NCBI GenBank assembly: GCA_902526005.1
Contig: CABZIW010000001.1
Coordinates: 196,511-260,510 of the forward strand
Length of the DNA stretch: 64,000 bases
Origin: an uncultured Pelagibacteraceae bacterium
Lineage (GTDB): Bacteria; Pseudomonadota; Alphaproteobacteria; Pelagibacterales; AG-422-B15
Reading direction: 5' to 3'
The position numbers and the translations under genes are program-made. Each line of letters starts with the position of its first letter. Position 1 is the stretch's first letter. This document shows positions 10,500 to 19,812 of the stretch, piece by piece. The notes under the pieces were generated by a model that was given only the letters and a program-made list of their open reading frames with translations, did not search any database and was not told the origin of the DNA.

Positions 10500-11119
10500 T
10501 GATTAAAGAAGGTATTCCACGCCTTTGGATTAATCAATTTAATTTTTGCAGCAACTTCTTTTACCTCTGATTTGGTATCTTCAATATTATTATCGGTTGA
10601 AATGATGTAATCCGCTTTTTTTAATTTGTCTCTGTCTGGCATTTGTTGATCTTTAATAGCATTAAAAATCTCTAATGGTACTTTTCTCTCCTGCACCACT
10701 CTGGATTGTTGTGTTGCTTCAGACGCTGTCACCACAACAGAAACATCCACATATTTTTCTCCTCCAGTTTCAAAAAGTAATGGGATGTCTAAAACACAAC
10801 CCATCTTTCCTTCATCGATTAATTTTTTTATGTAAATTATTTGGTACTTCCTTGTTACAGGATGAACAATTTGTTCTAGGTCTCTAAATTTATCAGGGTC
10901 TTTATTTAGAATATCTCTTAATGCTAATCGATTCACTACACCATCTTTCGTTGAGCCTGGAAACTGTCTCTCTACTTTTTCTATGACCTCTTCATCGTTT
11001 TCGTATATATAATGAACTGTATCGTCAGCATTATAAATGCCGTAACCGTGATCTTTAAACATTTGCGCAACAGTTGATTTTCCCATTCCAATAGATCCTG
11101 TTATACCAACCAACAACAT
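10496..11119 (-). CDS. coaE: Dephospho-CoA kinase
   Basis: GITGSIGMGKST, LEQIVHP, DIPLLFE. Confidence 0.96.
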   Translation of the reverse strand: MLLVGITGSIGMGKSTVAQMFKDHGYGIYNADDTVHYIYENDEEVIEKVERQFPGSTKDGVVNRLALRDILNKDPDKFRDLEQIVHPVTRKYQIIYIKKLIDEGKMGCVLDIPLLFETGGEKYVDVSVVVTASEATQQSRVVQERKVPLEIFNAIKDQQMPDRDKLKKADYIISTDNNIEDTKSEVKEVAAKIKLINPKAWNTFFNQ

Positions 11120-11122
11120 TAG

Positions 11123-11935
11123 TTAACCCCCCAATACACTCATTAATTCCTCATCAATTTCAGGCATTATATCGTGCCACACATTAAATGACTGGGCAGC
11201 TTGATGGATTAGCATCTCCAATCCATTTTGAACCGTACAGCCGCTTTCCTCGGCGTGTTTTAGAAAAGTTGTCTTGCTTGGGTTATATATAAGATCGTAA
11301 ACATGTGCAGATGAATTTAGGCTATCAAAGTCTATTAAATTGTTTTCTTCGCCTTCTTGTTGTCCCAAGCTTGTGGTGTTAACAACTAAATGTGAGGATT
11401 TAATAAACTCACTGATTGTTCTTTCTGTTAAAACTGTTGCCTCAACACCAAGATCACTGCAAAGCAACTCTGCGTTTTCTCTTGTTCTATTATAAATGCC
11501 AATCTCACACTTCATATGTGTTAACGCATACACAACCGCCCTTGCTGATCCGCCGGCTCCAAGCACCAAACACAACTTGTTATTTAGGCCTTTATTTGCA
11601 ATTGATTTTTCAAAACCAATCGGGTCGGTGTTATCCCCATAAATACCATCTTTATTTACTATGAGCGTGTTGACTGCTTTGAGGGTTCTTGCAACATCAG
11701 ATGTGTTATCACAATATTTATATGCGTCCTCCTTGAGGGGAACTGTAACGTTTAAGCCGTAGTAACCCTCTTCTATTAAACGATCAACATCCCTAATAAA
11801 GTTTTCTTTTTTTACATTTATTTTTTGGTAAGCGCCCACATCAATTTTCTTGCTTTCAATCCAGTGATTATGGATTTTAGGTGAAAGACTATGATCTATT
11901 GGGTCTCCAATAACTGCTGTTTTTTTACGTGCCAT
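11123..11935 (-). CDS. aroE: Shikimate dehydrogenase
   Basis: HSLSP, NVTVPLKE, AVNT, NTD, GAGGSARA, NRT, YDLIYNP; ATG at 11935 preferred. Confidence 0.96.
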   Translation of the reverse strand: MARKKTAVIGDPIDHSLSPKIHNHWIESKKIDVGAYQKINVKKENFIRDVDRLIEEGYYGLNVTVPLKEDAYKYCDNTSDVARTLKAVNTLIVNKDGIYGDNTDPIGFEKSIANKGLNNKLCLVLGAGGSARAVVYALTHMKCEIGIYNRTRENAELLCSDLGVEATVLTERTISEFIKSSHLVVNTTSLGQQEGEENNLIDFDSLNSSAHVYDLIYNPSKTTFLKHAEESGCTVQNGLEMLIHQAAQSFNVWHDIMPEIDEELMSVLGG

Positions 11936-12530
11936 TGTTTTCAAATAGAAGATTGTTGTCCCAAAGGAACTGGGTTAATTGAATTAATGATATGCCTTGT
12001 ATTGAAAAAAGGTCACTCCCAACATTTTCAAAAAGTTTAATTCCTTCTTCCTCAATTGCATAGACACCTACAAGACCAAGAATATTGTCATCGACATTAT
12101 TTAAATATTCTTTTATCAGGTCCTCACTCAGCTTTCGCATATGCATTTTAGATCTTTCTACATGCTTCCAAATAATATTGTTGTCTTGAGCGACTGTTGT
12201 GGCAGTTATGAGTGTGTGGATACATCCGCTCATTTTCAACAATTGGTCTTTTGCTTCGTTTCTATCCCTAGCCTTATTAACTAATTCACCTTTCAGATCT
12301 AGCCCTTGGTCTGATCCAATAACAAAGGCATTTTTATTAGACATTGAGGGTTTCAAGGCTTTCATCTCTGCAAGTTTAACTACGACCTCTTCGGGTGTAT
12401 TTTTACTCATCGACAACTTTACCTCGTCCTCATCTACTCCATGAGAAACAGGCTCAAAGTTAATACCCGCATTGCGTAACAATTTAATTCTTGTTTCACT
12501 TTTAGAAGCCAAAATTATGTCCCTGTTCAT
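11925..12530 (-). CDS. maf: Maf-family nucleoside triphosphate pyrophosphatase
   Basis: IILASKSETR..LL, VIGSDQ, GVYAIE; maf-aroE-coaE-dnaQ synteny. Confidence 0.9.
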   Translation of the reverse strand: MNRDIILASKSETRIKLLRNAGINFEPVSHGVDEDEVKLSMSKNTPEEVVVKLAEMKALKPSMSNKNAFVIGSDQGLDLKGELVNKARDRNEAKDQLLKMSGCIHTLITATTVAQDNNIIWKHVERSKMHMRKLSEDLIKEYLNNVDDNILGLVGVYAIEEEGIKLFENVGSDLFSIQGISLIQLTQFLWDNNLLFENNGT

Positions 12531-12804
12531 AAACCTGTATAACCCCCCCTAAGACCTGTGAGTACTTTTACTATCTTTTCCCATTATTAATTTTTAACTT
12601 ATTTTTCTATCTTTATTGAGAATTTTTGCAAACTTTGTTCACTTGTTAGAGATATTGCAGTTTTCTTCCACGTCGGTGTATAAGGTTAAAAAGCATATAA
12701 TTCAAAGCGATTGTTCTGTGTATCGAATTGTGGGCAAAAAGCGACTTTTTATATATACACAATTCCACAGGAACATAAACAACTACAATTATATATATAA
12801 TATA
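12524..12804. other. Candidate chromosomal replication origin (oriC)
   Basis: About 275-bp divergent intergenic region upstream of hemE. DnaA-box-like 9-mers TGTTCATAA (12524), GGTGTATAA (12675), TGTGTATCG (12717), TGTGGGCAA (12729), ATATACACA (12753), AATTCCACA (12761); AT-rich tracts; Caulobacter/Rickettsia origins lie next to hemE. Confidence 0.7.
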
Positions 12805-13791
12805 ATGAGTATATTTATAGATACACTTAAAGGTCAAAAAACAAAACCATCACCAGTTTGGTTAATGAGACAAGCAGGAAGACATTTGCCTGAATACATA
12901 AGTATCAGAAAACAATTTGCAAACCTTATGGATATGTTTCTTGATCCTTTGACAATATCTGAAGTTTCTCTGCAGCCTGTAAACAGATATGGTATGGATG
13001 CCTGTATTGTGTTTTCAGACATTTTAATAACCCCTTTTGCTGCGGGCTCAAGCGTTAGTTTTGTTGATGGGCAAGGCCCTGTAATAAAGTTCAATGAGAA
13101 CATGAGCTATAATCTTGAAAAAACCTTACCTCTTGCAAAAGGAATAAAAAAAATTAAAGAAAATACAAGTGTCCCCTTAATAGGATTTGCTGGCGGAGCA
13201 TGGACGACACTGTTTTATTGTTTATATGATAAGAATGAACGTCAAAATCTAAAATTCGAAGACGTTGTTAAAAAGACTTCACAAATAGACAATTTAATCG
13301 AGCAAATGACACTTGCGATTATTAAACACGCAGAAATGCAAATTGATTGTGGAATTGATGCCTTTCAAATATTTGAATCAGCGGCAGGACACTTAAATAA
13401 TGAACAGTTTAATAAATGGTGTGTTCAACCTACAAAAAAAATTATTGAGAGTATAAAAAAAATAAAAGACATTCCTATTATTGGCTTTCCTAGAAACACT
13501 AATCTTGCATGTTATAAAAAATATTCAAATATAGATAAGCTTGACTGTATTACCTTAGACTATAATTTTCCTTTAGATAAAATTAATGAACTAAACGATA
13601 AAATTGTTTTTCAAGGAAACTTGGATCCTAAACACCTATTAAAAGACTCTCAAAATCTTAGTCAGAAAATTGAAGAAATATTGTTTGCTTTTAGAGAAAG
13701 ACCACATATTTTTAATTTAGGACATGGAGTTTTACCCGAGACATCAATTGAGAAGGTTGAGCAAATGCTCTTACAGATAAGGTCAACATGA
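12805..13791 (+). CDS. hemE: Uroporphyrinogen decarboxylase
   Basis: PVWLMRQAGRHLPEY, FSDIL, QGNLDP, HIFNLGHG; real start ATG 12805 (the ORF-track extension runs through the origin region). Confidence 0.93.
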   Translation: MSIFIDTLKGQKTKPSPVWLMRQAGRHLPEYISIRKQFANLMDMFLDPLTISEVSLQPVNRYGMDACIVFSDILITPFAAGSSVSFVDGQGPVIKFNENMSYNLEKTLPLAKGIKKIKENTSVPLIGFAGGAWTTLFYCLYDKNERQNLKFEDVVKKTSQIDNLIEQMTLAIIKHAEMQIDCGIDAFQIFESAAGHLNNEQFNKWCVQPTKKIIESIKKIKDIPIIGFPRNTNLACYKKYSNIDKLDCITLDYNFPLDKINELNDKIVFQGNLDPKHLLKDSQNLSQKIEEILFAFRERPHIFNLGHGVLPETSIEKVEQMLLQIRST

Positions 13792-14807
13792 AAACAGCGG
13801 TCGTTTTATTTAACTTGGGAGGACCAGATAAACAAGAAAGCGTAAAACCTTTTTTATTTAATCTATTTAATGATCCCAACATATTTAGACTTCCAAATCC
13901 CTTCAGGTATTTATTGGCAAGATTTATATCTTCCCGTCGTACCAAAGAGGCCACTGAAATTTATGCCGAAATAGGCGGTAAATCTCCTATTCTTGAAATT
14001 ACAAACTCCCAAGCGGAGGCTCTTCAGAAAGAATTAAAAAACAAAGGCATCGAGAACAAGGTATTTGTTTGCATGAGATATTGGCATCCAATGACAGCTG
14101 AGGTAGTTTCAAAAGTCAAAGACTATAAACCAGATAAAATATTTTTACTGCCCCTGTATCCACAGTACTCCACTACAACAACAAAATCTTCTCTGGATGC
14201 ATGGTTCAACGAAGCACAAAACCAGGAATTAAATACAAAAACAAAATATACCTGTTGTTATCCATATGACGCAAAACTAATTAAAGCCCATCAGAAACTG
14301 ATCCAAAATAAAATAAACCACGTCAAAGATAAAAAAGTAAGAGTTCTATTTTCCGCCCACAGTTTACCTGTATCAATAATTAAAAAAGGTGATCCATATC
14401 AGTGGCAAGTGGAGCAAACAGTAAAGGCGGTCATACAAGGCATTCATGGTTATGAAGATCATGTTTTGGCTTATCAAAGTAAAGTTACCCCAGTTAAATG
14501 GCTTGAACCAACAACACCAAGTGAAATTGAAAATGCAATTAGCGAAGATAGGGCGCTTGTTATTGTCCCAATTGCGTTTGTTTCAGATCACTCTGAAACA
14601 CTTGTTGAATTAGATATCGAGTACCAAGAACTAGCAAGTGAACTGGGTTGTAAGCATTATTATAGATCTGAGTCATTAAATATTGATCAAACATTTATAG
14701 AAAGCTTATCTGAAATAGTTAGTGAGTCTGAGAAAATTGAGAGTGGTAATATCAGGCAAAAAATATGTCCAGCAACGTTTAAACAATGTGATCAAGAATT
14801 AAGATGA
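13788..14807 (+). CDS. hemH: Ferrochelatase
   Basis: NLGGP, GGKSP, MRYWHP, LYPQYS, FSAHSLP, FVSDHSETL.ELD. Confidence 0.97.
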   Translation: MKTAVVLFNLGGPDKQESVKPFLFNLFNDPNIFRLPNPFRYLLARFISSRRTKEATEIYAEIGGKSPILEITNSQAEALQKELKNKGIENKVFVCMRYWHPMTAEVVSKVKDYKPDKIFLLPLYPQYSTTTTKSSLDAWFNEAQNQELNTKTKYTCCYPYDAKLIKAHQKLIQNKINHVKDKKVRVLFSAHSLPVSIIKKGDPYQWQVEQTVKAVIQGIHGYEDHVLAYQSKVTPVKWLEPTTPSEIENAISEDRALVIVPIAFVSDHSETLVELDIEYQELASELGCKHYYRSESLNIDQTFIESLSEIVSESEKIESGNIRQKICPATFKQCDQELR

Positions 14808-15247
14808 GTTCAATTTTTTTATATAATTTATTTCTTAGTTTACACATCATCAGTGTTATAGCTTGGATGGCCGGCTTATTATATTTGCCAAGATTATTTG
14901 TTTATCATTGGAGTAAAGAGGTAGGGTCTGATTCTTCAGAGACTTTTAAATTAATGGAATTACGTTTACTTAAAATTATTATGAATCCAGCAATGATATT
15001 TTCATGGTTGTTTGGTTTAGCGTTGATATCAAATTTAGGTTTTGATGCGCTGTTTCAATTATGGCTTCAATTAAAAATCATTTTTGTGATTCTCATGTCT
15101 GGAGTTCATGGGTATTTCTCAAAATTAACAAGAGAGTTTCAAGAGGATAAAAGGCCAAAATCAGAGCGCTTTTTTAGAATTATCAATGAATTTCCAACGG
15201 TTTTGATGATAATTGTCGTATTTCTGGTTATTTTTAAACCAATATAA
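14804..15247 (+). CDS. hemJ: Protoporphyrinogen oxidase HemJ
   Basis: HIISVIAWMAGLLYLPRLFVYH, NEFPT, KP. Confidence 0.96.
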   Translation: MSSIFLYNLFLSLHIISVIAWMAGLLYLPRLFVYHWSKEVGSDSSETFKLMELRLLKIIMNPAMIFSWLFGLALISNLGFDALFQLWLQLKIIFVILMSGVHGYFSKLTREFQEDKRPKSERFFRIINEFPTVLMIIVVFLVIFKPI

Positions 15248-15324
15248 AACTTGCTATATTTAACGATTACGGTTAGAAAGCAGCTTCCGAACTATTTTCC
15301 ACATTATCATCATCATCAATAAAA

Positions 15325-16590
15325 ATGGCTAAAAACTTAAAATTAAGAGACCTTAAGAAAAAAACTCCACAAGAACTTCTTGTTTATGCGGAGGAACTTG
15401 GCGTTGAAAATGCCAGTTCAATGCGTACACAAGATATGCTGTTTGAAATACTGAAAACTCTTGCGAGTGACAGTAAAGATATTGACGGTGAAGGTGTTTT
15501 AGAAGTTTTACAGGATGGGTTTGGTTTTTTAAGATCAATGGAGGCCAACTATCTTCCAGGTCCTGATGATATTTATGTAAGCCCAAGTCAAATTAAAAGA
15601 TTTGGATTAAGATCAGGAGACACTGTTGAAGGTCCAATTAGAGCACCAAAGGACGGTGAACGTTATTTTGCATTATTAAAAATTGATACAATCAACTACG
15701 AAGCAACCGAAAAAAGTAAAAACAAGATTAACTTTGATAACCTGACACCTCTTTACCCTGATGAACAAATCAGATTAGAAACCGAAAAACCAGCAAGCGA
15801 TCAAAGTTCAAGAGTAATTGATTTGGTTGCACCAATTGGTAAGGGTCAAAGGGCACTTATTGTTTCACCACCAAGAACAGGTAAAACGGTTTTACTGCAA
15901 AATATTGCACATTCAATTACTGATAATCATCCAGAATGTTACTTGATGGTTTTATTAATTGATGAGAGACCAGAGGAAGTTACTGATATGCAACGTTCTG
16001 TAAAAGGTGAGGTTGTGAGTTCAACTTTTGATGAGCCCGCATCACGTCACGTACAGGTTGCTGAAATGGTTATCAATAAAGCAAAAAGATTAGTAGAGCA
16101 TAAAAAAGATGTCGTTATTCTTTTAGACTCCATTACAAGATTGGGTCGTGCTTACAACACGGTTGTTCCAAGTTCAGGAAAAGTATTAACAGGTGGTGTT
16201 GATGCAAACGCACTACAAAGACCAAAGAGATTTTTTGGTGCAGCCAGAAATATTGAAGATGGCGGATCGCTGACCATTATTTCAACTGCTCTGATTGATA
16301 CAGGAAGTAGAATGGATGAGGTAATTTTTGAGGAATTTAAAGGAACTGGTAACTCAGAAATTATATTGGACAGAAAAGTTGCTGATAAAAGAATATATCC
16401 TGCAATTGATATTACGAAGTCTGGCACTCGAAAAGAAGAGATACTCCTTGATAAAGACGAGCTTCAGAAAATGTATGTCCTCAGACGCATTCTCAACCCA
16501 ATGGGAACAATGGACTCTATCGAGTTTTTATTAGGTAAACTTAAAGAAACGAAGGATAACGCAGATTTCTTTCAATCAATGAATAAATAA
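15325..16590 (+). CDS. rho: Transcription termination factor Rho
   Basis: [43 protein letters not shown]. Confidence 0.99.
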   Translation: MAKNLKLRDLKKKTPQELLVYAEELGVENASSMRTQDMLFEILKTLASDSKDIDGEGVLEVLQDGFGFLRSMEANYLPGPDDIYVSPSQIKRFGLRSGDTVEGPIRAPKDGERYFALLKIDTINYEATEKSKNKINFDNLTPLYPDEQIRLETEKPASDQSSRVIDLVAPIGKGQRALIVSPPRTGKTVLLQNIAHSITDNHPECYLMVLLIDERPEEVTDMQRSVKGEVVSSTFDEPASRHVQVAEMVINKAKRLVEHKKDVVILLDSITRLGRAYNTVVPSSGKVLTGGVDANALQRPKRFFGAARNIEDGGSLTIISTALIDTGSRMDEVIFEEFKGTGNSEIILDRKVADKRIYPAIDITKSGTRKEEILLDKDELQKMYVLRRILNPMGTMDSIEFLLGKLKETKDNADFFQSMNK

Positions 16591-16630
16591 TATTAAAATT
16601 TAGTATTAAAAATTTAGTATTAAAAATTTT
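16591..16630. repeat. Three near-identical tandem 13-14 bp repeats TATTAAAA(A)TTTAG
   Basis: tattaaaatttag/tattaaaaatttag/tattaaaaatttt immediately after the rho stop. Confidence 0.8.
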
Positions 16631-16657
16631 TCAATCCATAATTATTCTGCATAACGA

Positions 16658-17551
16658 ATGAGACGCGTCCTATTCATTATCATACTCTTTTGTTCATCCA
16701 TTGCTTTTGGAAGCGAGGTTACAAATACACTTTTGAAAAAAGTGGCTAAAACGGCTGAGGAAAAAGCTGAATTAGCAGTGAATGATATTTTTAAAAATGT
16801 TGATGTTGACCTCTCAGGCTTTTACAAAGGTAAGCCGTCATTCGGTATAAGTACCATTCTTCCTTTATATGAAAAAAATAATATCAATAATTTCTTTCAA
16901 GGTCATTTATCGACGCAAGCGGATATAGAAATATTGAACCTTGGTTTTGTTCAAAGAAGAAGTCTATTAGAAAATAAACTGATTGTTGGTTATAATTTTT
17001 TTTATGATCTTGATTTAGATAATTCTCATGAAAGATTTGGTATTGGAGCAGATATGCTAACCAGTCTTGGAGATGTACATTTAAATTATTATGACGCAAT
17101 AACTGACTATGTAGTTGTGAATGGCTTAAAGGAGTATACGCTAGATGGATATGATGCACAGATTGCATTTCCCCTTCCGTATTTACCCTACTCAAAAATT
17201 TATGCTGAAGTATTTTCATGGAATGGCATTAACAGTTCAAGAGATCTTGAAGGCGAAACATTTAGTATAAAAAATAAACTTCCTTTCGGAATGAGTTTAG
17301 AATTTGGAAAAACGAGTTTTGATCAATTGTCTCGTGACGAGGAGTTTGTGATTTTAAATATTAATCTTTTTGAATTTAAAAAAACTAAACAACCATTATC
17401 AAGTGAATTGAGAAAAATGTACTCAACCGTACCATATGAATTGTACAATTTTACTGATGTGAGTGACCGTAAGTATGAAAAGGTCAGAAGAGAAAATAAA
17501 ATAAAAAAACAAACAAACCGAACTGGAACAGTTAGAATTGTAGGATATTAA
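16658..17551 (+). CDS. Inverse autotransporter (intimin/invasin-type) beta-barrel domain protein without passenger
   Basis: Signal peptide; LNLGFVQR...GYNFFYD...HERFGIG...NYY...DGYD and linker R.YEKVRRENKI, then stop. Confidence 0.8.
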   Translation: MRRVLFIIILFCSSIAFGSEVTNTLLKKVAKTAEEKAELAVNDIFKNVDVDLSGFYKGKPSFGISTILPLYEKNNINNFFQGHLSTQADIEILNLGFVQRRSLLENKLIVGYNFFYDLDLDNSHERFGIGADMLTSLGDVHLNYYDAITDYVVVNGLKEYTLDGYDAQIAFPLPYLPYSKIYAEVFSWNGINSSRDLEGETFSIKNKLPFGMSLEFGKTSFDQLSRDEEFVILNINLFEFKKTKQPLSSELRKMYSTVPYELYNFTDVSDRKYEKVRRENKIKKQTNRTGTVRIVGY

Positions 17552-17552
17552 A

Positions 17553-18488
17553 ATGCAGAAAAAATTATTTTTCATAATATCCTTGTTAATTTTTTCAGGA
17601 ATGTTTAACGGCAAACTCTTCGCTATAAATGGATATGAAAACTGCCCTATGGTAGATGGAAAAATTGATGTATCAGAACTTGTAAATATCGTTCCTTTTT
17701 CTGGCAATTTAAGGACCTGCGATGCGCCGGTCACAAATTACATTTTAAATTTCAACAAACTTGCTGTGTGTACTTCCGATCCTAATGATTATATTTTAGG
17801 CAATTCAACAGCTGACCCGTGCTATTATCTCTGGAATACAGCTGAGGGGAATGAAGCCATTTCTGTTGGCATAGACAAACTAGGTAATGAATTTAGCTTT
17901 CCTGCCACTCTTCCACCATCAGGAACATATACTTCGGGTTATGCTGAAATTTCAGCCACAATTCCAATTTATGTGGAACTTGAATTTGACGAAGAATTGA
18001 TGTTTGGTGGCAATAGCGCAGGAACAGGCTGGAGTATACCTTCTCCATCAAAATTTATTGGTGGAGGTGATCGCAACATGTCTATGCAGGATGGTATTAA
18101 TGGAAATTTGTTTGGTTTTACAGAGGCATTTTCAGAATCACAGCCGTCATTTAATGATTATAGTTTTACATACAACTCTTTATCAACAACTGAATTTCTT
18201 AATACACGTATTAGTTACACTGCCCTATCTCATAACGGTAATTATCGTTCAGTTTTCTTACTTAATGACAGTGGTAGACTTGCAAGCACATATAGTGATG
18301 TCTCGTCATTAATTATTAAAGATGAATTTTCCACACCTATAACGATTACTGACCGAACAAGCACAGTTACCTATAAATATTCAACTGATTATGCGGCAAG
18401 AATTACAGTTGTGCCTTCAGGATCGGGCGGATGGTTTGTTACATCGATTTTATTTGGTGATACGCAATTTAGGATGGAATTTGAATAA
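17553..18488 (+). CDS. Hypothetical secreted protein
   Basis: 311 aa, signal peptide (..KLFA), 4 Cys in N-terminal third, S/T/G/aromatic-rich; 1 bp after previous gene. Confidence 0.75.
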   Translation: MQKKLFFIISLLIFSGMFNGKLFAINGYENCPMVDGKIDVSELVNIVPFSGNLRTCDAPVTNYILNFNKLAVCTSDPNDYILGNSTADPCYYLWNTAEGNEAISVGIDKLGNEFSFPATLPPSGTYTSGYAEISATIPIYVELEFDEELMFGGNSAGTGWSIPSPSKFIGGGDRNMSMQDGINGNLFGFTEAFSESQPSFNDYSFTYNSLSTTEFLNTRISYTALSHNGNYRSVFLLNDSGRLASTYSDVSSLIIKDEFSTPITITDRTSTVTYKYSTDYAARITVVPSGSGGWFVTSILFGDTQFRMEFE

Positions 18489-19028
18489 TTATCCCTTAGC
18501 CTCTACAATTGAAGTAAGTTTATAATTCTTTCCTATTTTCTTTGACCCTCCAATATTTTTTAGATCAATTATAAAATAAAACTCAATCGATTTAGCTTTA
18601 CACTTCCTAACTAATTGTGCTGATGCGAGTGCAGTACCTCCTGTTGCAATCAGATCATCAATTATCAGCACTCTATCTTGTTCATTGATAGAGTTTTTAT
18701 GAATTTGTATTTCATCTATGCCGTACTCTAGTTTATATTTTTGTTTCAAAATTTTTCCAGGAAGTTTATCTTTTTTTCTGATGGGAACAAATGGGATCTC
18801 TGTTTTAAAAGAAACTGCAGAACCAAAAATAAATCCACGCGCTTCAACTGCAGCAATTTTCGTAAACTTGTTTTTCTTAACATATTTGGAAATCTCAAGA
18901 ACAACTTCTTTGAAAAGTTTCTTATTATCTGTAATAGATGTTATATCCTGAAACAGAATTCCCTTTTTTGGAAAATCAGGAATTACCCTAATTTTCTTCT
19001 TGAGTTTATTTTTTAGTTTTTTGTTCAA
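18489..19028 (-). CDS. apt: Adenine phosphoribosyltransferase
   Basis: PDFPKKGILFQDI, EARGFIFG, LEYG, IDDLIATGGT. Confidence 0.97.
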   Translation of the reverse strand: MNKKLKNKLKKKIRVIPDFPKKGILFQDITSITDNKKLFKEVVLEISKYVKKNKFTKIAAVEARGFIFGSAVSFKTEIPFVPIRKKDKLPGKILKQKYKLEYGIDEIQIHKNSINEQDRVLIIDDLIATGGTALASAQLVRKCKAKSIEFYFIIDLKNIGGSKKIGKNYKLTSIVEAKG

Positions 19029-19461
19029 TGTTCAGTAAATTTCTTTTGGTACTTAACCCGCCCACTGATGTAAATCCAGTGAGTTTGCCATCACTGCCCA
19101 CGACCCTATGACATGGAACTGTCATCATCAGATTGTTTCTTCCCAATGCGCCCCCAACAGCTCGAGGCGAAGTTCTTAATTTCCTTGCAATGTCTCCATA
19201 AGTTGTTGTTCTACCATAAGGTATTCTTTGTAAATAATTCCAAACACGGTTTTGAAATTTTGTGCCCATTTGTCTAGTTGGAAAATTAAGGGATCGTCTT
19301 TTGCGCGCAAGATACATTTTAATTTGAAGCGCAGATCTTTTTAGAAGCTTATTTTCTGTCTTGTTAGGCTTTTTCCTTGTTCTATGAACTGCAATTATTC
19401 TATTTTTGCTTGAGACAAGCTCAATATTGCCAATGATTGATTTGAAAACGTAGCTGCTCAT
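19006..19461 (-). CDS. ogt: Methylated-DNA--protein-cysteine methyltransferase
   Basis: GTKFQ..VW, IPYG.T.TYG, RAVG, PCHRV active site. Confidence 0.93.
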   Translation of the reverse strand: MSSYVFKSIIGNIELVSSKNRIIAVHRTRKKPNKTENKLLKRSALQIKMYLARKRRSLNFPTRQMGTKFQNRVWNYLQRIPYGRTTTYGDIARKLRTSPRAVGGALGRNNLMMTVPCHRVVGSDGKLTGFTSVGGLSTKRNLLNIEQKTKK

Positions 19462-19491
19462 ATATATAAGATATTATAATTTTTTGACCTT

Positions 19492-19812
19492 ATGACTAAC
19501 AAATTTTTTGAAAGACACGTATTTTTTTGTACAAACCAAAGACCTGAAGGTCACCCAAAAGGTTGTTGTGCTTCTAAAAATTCAACAGTGCTTCGAGCCT
19601 ATATGAAGAAAAAAACAAAAGAATTAGTCTCCGATAAGAAAATAAGAATAAATGCATCAGGCTGTTTAGATCATTGTGAATTTGGTCCCACACTTGTTGT
19701 TTATCCAGATAATGTTTGGTACTCGTGTAAAACAGAAGGAGAGGTGGACCAAGTAATCAATGAACATCTTATTAATGACCGTATCGCTGAAAACCTCCAA
19801 ATAAAAAAATGA
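19492..19812 (+). CDS. Thioredoxin-like [2Fe-2S] ferredoxin
   Basis: HVFFCTNQR...GCC...SGCLDHCEFGP..VVYP..VWY. Confidence 0.92.
   Translation: MTNKFFERHVFFCTNQRPEGHPKGCCASKNSTVLRAYMKKKTKELVSDKKIRINASGCLDHCEFGPTLVVYPDNVWYSCKTEGEVDQVINEHLINDRIAENLQIKK

Noticed and set aside
12616-12804. 63-aa N-terminal extension of HemE in the ORF track
   Set aside because: TTG start running through the candidate origin; no HemE-like sequence before MSIFIDTL at 12805.
16591-16630. CRISPR-like array
   Set aside because: Repeats are only 13-14 bp, adjacent with no spacers, and there are no cas genes.
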